NCBI GenBank assembly: GCA_046563655.1
Contig: CM102283.1
Span: 186,001 to 250,000 of the forward strand
DNA: 64,000 bases
Origin: Yuukianura sp. NJ FZ-2021
Lineage: Eukaryota
Direction of reading: 5' to 3'
Below the pieces are notes generated by a model, which was not told the origin of the DNA, ran no database searches, and saw only the letters and a list, made by a program, of their open reading frames with translations. Of the stretch, positions 59,634-64,000 are shown piece after piece (the stretch's first letter is position 1; every line of letters starts with the position of its first letter). A program made the position numbers and the translations under genes.

Positions 59634-60895
59634 AGTGAACAACTTGAGTACTTAAATGAAAACTGTTCACTAATTATTTAGTGAACTACTATGTTCACAA
59701 TTTATCTACTTACATCACACTATGTTCACTAGTTATTTAGTGAACTAAAATGTGTGAACTTGACTACGAAAATCACAAATGTTCACTGATTAGTTAGTGT
59801 ACCACCAATGTGTTCACGAGTTTTATACTTACGACTCACTTTGTTCACACGTTATTTAGTAAACTAAATATGTGTGGACAACTTGATTATGAAATTACAA
59901 AATGTTCACTAATTATTTAGTGAACTACTAATGTGTCCACAAGTTATCTACTTAGCTTACACTATGTTCACTAGTTATTTAGTGAACTAAATAATTGTGA
60001 ACACCTTGACTGCTAAAATCACAAAATGTTCACTAATTATTTAGTGAACCACCAATATGTTCACAAATTATCTACTTACCTTGCACTATGTTCACTAGTT
60101 ATTTAGTGAACTGAAATATGTGTGAACAACTCGACTACTGAAATCAGAAAATGTCCACTAATTATTTAGTGAACTACTATGTTCACAATTTATCTACTTA
60201 CATCACACTATGTTCACTAGTTATTTAGTGAACTAAAATGTGTGAACTTGACTACGAAAATCACAAATGTTCACTGATTAGTTAGTGTACCACCAATGTG
60301 TTCACGAGTTTTATACTTACGACTCACTTTGTTCACACGTTATTTAGTAAACTAAATATGTGTGGACAACTTGATTATGAAATTACAAAATGTTCACTAA
60401 TTATTTAGTGAACTACTAATGTGTCCACAAGTTATCTACTTACCTTACACTATGTTCACTAGTTATTTAGTGAACTAAATAATTGTGAACACCTTGACTG
60501 CTAAAATCACAAAATGTTCACTAATTATTTAGTGAACCACCAATATGTTCACAAATTATCTACTTACCTTGCACTATGTTCACTAGTTATTTAGTGAACT
60601 GAAATATGTGTGAACAACTCGTCTACTGAAATCAGAAAATGTCCACTAATTATTTAGTGAACTACTAATGTGTCCACAAGTGATTTCGTGAACTGAAATA
60701 TGTGAACAACTTGACTAATGAAATCACAAATGTTCATTTAAAATTTAGTGAATCACCAATGTGTTCACAAGTTATCTACTTACATCACACAATGTTCACG
60801 AGTTATTTAGTGAACTAAAAATATTTACAAATTATTTAACAAACTAAATATGTGTGAACAACTTCGTTATCGAAATCACAAAATGTCCACAAATT
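59634..60895. repeat. Satellite with ~50-55-bp palindromic subunits and a 488-bp higher-order repeat
   Basis: GTTCACTA(A/G)TTATTTAGTGAAC recurs throughout; the block starting 59691 repeats almost exactly at 60179. Confidence 0.9.
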
Positions 60896-61812
60896 ATATT
60901 TAATTTAATTTAATTTCCAGGTGCGTCTACACTTGTACACTTCAGTATTGAGCCAAGTTGAGTTCAAGTTAAAAAGTATGTAAAATAATTATTTGTCAAG
61001 AACGTTCCTTAACCCAGTTAAGAAAACCAAGAATATGTCCGAAAATATTTACTAAAAACCAGCAAAGTATTTAACTAGATACAATATTTACTGAAAAAGG
61101 GCGGAATGTTTATGAACATTACGGGCATGGGTAGCTAAATAAACCTAACCAATTTGCTTGGGTCATTTCACTCACAAAAAATTTCTAAAGTAAATTGGAT
61201 TCTGTATCTTTATTATAGCCCAGGCATTTTTCAAACATATTTTCTTATTTGAATTTTCATTTTACTAGTCTAGAAACACAAAATTGCCGCCAGCAACGAT
61301 AACTCGACGCAACAGGGAAAACAGGAGTGAGAAATACAACGCTAACTACGTCAGAACAATGGTGAAAAAAACATCTCGCCTTAAGGCCTGTTTATACCGT
61401 ACCTCTGGATGGATTTTTCTTCCACTGGACGCCAATCCAGTCGTTCATACCAGATTTGCTTTCTCTGGATGGATCATCCAGAGAAAGTTTGGGTGAATTT
61501 TTTATCCATGGATGGATTTCCGTCCGTTCACACAGAAAAAATCCATGCAGTGGATTTTTTTCCCACTGGATTTTCCTCTAGTGCTGAGAGATGGGAGAAA
61601 CGATCCAGACCAAAAGTTCAACTTCTTGAACTTTTGCTCTGGATTGAGTATGAAAGTTGTTTCACTTTGCCCCAGTTTCACACGGGAGCGCGAAACAGAA
61701 GGTTTGAAATACAAAACAAGTCACATTTTAAAAAAGTGTTAAAAAAATAGAACCACATAAAATTAGGACCTCACTTTAGAGACTTATTTAGTTTTACTTA
61801 AAACTAAAAGAA

Positions 61813-62679
61813 ATGGATAACGATAATCCAGAGAACGACGGAGAGGCAAAAGAGTTTTTGATAACGGCAGTACAAAAACGTAAAGTTCTCTACGATGCCA
61901 GTTCATCATCGAACCGGAACAAGTTCTTGCGGGAGCAAGCCTGGGAAGAAGCCATGAAGCCAAGCCATGGAGCCATGCTATCAATTTAATTTAAATTGTA
62001 AAAGAATGTTTATTATTACAGCTCAGTGGTGTCGCACAACGTGGGGAAAACTGAAGGATTCCTACCGTAAGAAGAAGCAACAGCTAATTGGGAAAACAGG
62101 TCAGGCTCGAAAAAAAAATCGAAGCTTGGACGTATTTTCATGCACTTCGGTTTATAGATGACTACTACCCATCTGCAAGGTCTGTCACCTTAATAAAATA
62201 CTCAACTATCAACAAATGCAATGTATAACTAGGTTTACGATGTTAAATTACAGCACATCTGGAAACTTGGATTCACAAGTTAATGTCCAAGAGGAAGGGG
62301 AGGAAACATTGGATGTAAAAGATACTTCGCAACCAATGAATTATATTGTAAGGAATTCAAATACTAGTTTCTAGATAGAAGAATGGCTCCATTCTAAAAT
62401 TATTTTCTTTAGGATTCGGAACTTCAGGAAGTCCCTCCAAACGCTAGAAAACGAAAATGGAGTGGAACTAGTCCAAGTGATCGGGTGGAAGCGGAATTCG
62501 TGAGATACATAAAGAGACCAAGAATGAATCAAGATGAATTCCATCACTTTGGGATGGACGTTGCTGAACAACTACGCAAAATGGAACCTGAGACATCCTC
62601 GTTCCTGAAGTTCCAAATTTCGAAACTGCTGTTTGAATGCAAACATTCCGAAATCACTTTAGTTAATCCGGACACCTGA
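61813..62679 (+). pseudogene. Harbinger MADF/Myb-SANT DNA-binding protein (spliced, BESS-like C-terminus)
   Basis: LITAVQKRKVLYD..REQAWEE, CRTTWGKLKDSYRK, WTYF..LRF, DEFHHFGMDVAEQLRKM. Confidence 0.75.
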
Positions 62680-62738
62680 ATACACAATCAAAAGGAGGAG
62701 TATGGCGCCATACTTGTTAATTATTACCTATTTATTTT

Positions 62739-63715
62739 CTAATAAGTATTGTATCCGGGTAGTAAAGCTGCTTTTTCGTCTTGCCAAGAAACCTTTCCGT
62801 TTTGAGAGATGAAATGATCAGCCAAGTTGTCACGCATTTGTTTAGCAGAGTTTGTCGCATTATGTGAGCCAGAAAACTTAACAGGAGTCAAGATTACATT
62901 TGCGGATGTTTCAATTCTCCAACCTCCGTTTCGTTCGTCATCTGTGTCCACATAACCAGGGGGACAGTACATTCGGCTGGAGGGTTGCAGGCCCTCCTCT
63001 TGCTTCCTCACGAAATTATGAAGAACTGTTGTACCTGAAAATTTTAGGACTAGTTTCTATGTCTAGTTTAGCATGGAGCCATGCTGTAGTCATACGGATT
63101 TACGTCCTACCTCTTACAATCCTTTTCACTTGAGTATCGTCTGCGTACAGGCGGCGTTGAAAAATTCGATAGCGGATGACCATTATCCCAAATGTATTTT
63201 CTATAATACGGCGAGCACGGGACAGTCTATAATTGAAAATTCGTTTTCTAGCATCCTTGATAACTCCTGCATATGGTCGCATCATAAAGTCTGACAATGC
63301 AAAGGCTTCATCTCCCACAAGAGTACACGGCTGAACTAAATTCGTATTTGGGAATCTTCGATCGGAGGGAATGTCGACGGAGCCTGCAATTTAGCAAAAT
63401 TAAACTGAAATTAACTTTTTATTAAGTGAGTGTGGCTCCACACTGGACTCTTTTTTTAAATTACCTTGTAGTAGGCCTTTCCCAAGTGCTGAATTTTGGA
63501 ATATCCCACCATCACTTTGCCGGCCGTACGCTCCGATGTCAACAAATGTAAAGTTATAATCCGCGTCACAAGTCGCAAGCAGAACGATACTGAAAGAGCC
63601 CTTGTAATTGTGATAGTTTGTATCTTGTTTTGATATCTTTGGTGCAATGAGGTTGAGCAGTATATCAAAAGTGGATGGTGTCATCCTTGTATACTGAAAA
63701 AAATGTTCTGGTTGG
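62739..63715 (-). pseudogene. Harbinger (DDE_Tnp_4-type) transposase with internal deletion
   Basis: [53 protein letters not shown]; helical region deleted between KQDTNY and HNYKG. Confidence 0.88.
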
Positions 63716-64000
63716 TTTTAGTTTTTCGAGGTTTGTGGTTGGTTTCGGTTTTTTCCCATTCTCTATTGAATCCCTCTCCTGCTGTGTCTTAACAGGGTAA
63801 ATATGGAAATGGATGGAGATTCAGCGCCGCTGGAAGTCTGGCTCAGGTGGACGTCCACAACTCAAAACCTTAAGAAAAGATGAAGGAAATGGAAATGAGA
63901 AATAAGAAAACATTTTTTGAAAAACATATTTGAAAGGGGCCTTTTGTTTCATTTTTGTTTGATTTAGGACGCCTTGACTAAATACAAATTAAAATTTCAA

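Larger units (their letters stand above)
61385..63720. mobile_element. PIF/Harbinger DNA transposon, degenerate; right end not seen
   Basis: TAA|GGCCTGTTTATAC terminus; convergent MADF/Myb gene and DDE transposase. Confidence 0.8.

Noticed and set aside
59634-60895. CRISPR-like look of palindromic repeats with spacers
   Set aside because: Spacers are homologous to each other and repeat in a 488-bp block; eukaryotic context; no cas genes.

Overview
Eukaryotic, transposon-saturated window from an invertebrate. An arthropod is inferred from the ~60-bp introns, dispersed TTAGG words and the MADF-Harbinger, Helentron and Bel/Pao content. Only two host-type genes are visible: an intact 5-exon pancreatic-lipase-like gene (37095-40004) and a small spliced, secreted Cys-rich orphan (7921-8431). 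The rest is nested mobile DNA: a CRE-clade non-LTR retrotransposon interrupted by an ORF1-only retroposon, a tandem array of Helentron-associated elements, two near full-length Bel/Pao elements plus a gag fragment, two related Gypsy elements, a degenerate Polinton/Maverick (pPolB, integrase, ATPase, penton, core protein, hexon, protease), Helentron, P-element, Tc1/mariner and Harbinger remnants, many MITEs and a higher-order satellite. The main finding is that both Gypsy elements carry, in the env position between pol and the 3' LTR, a captured RRP6/EXOSC10-like DEDDy exoribonuclease fused to a CCHC knuckle; the HRDC domain is readable in one copy. Second, the Polinton has an shRNA-like hairpin with Pol III A-box, T5 terminator and B-box signals between pPolB and integrase. 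All family assignments come from motif recognition by eye; no database searches were run.
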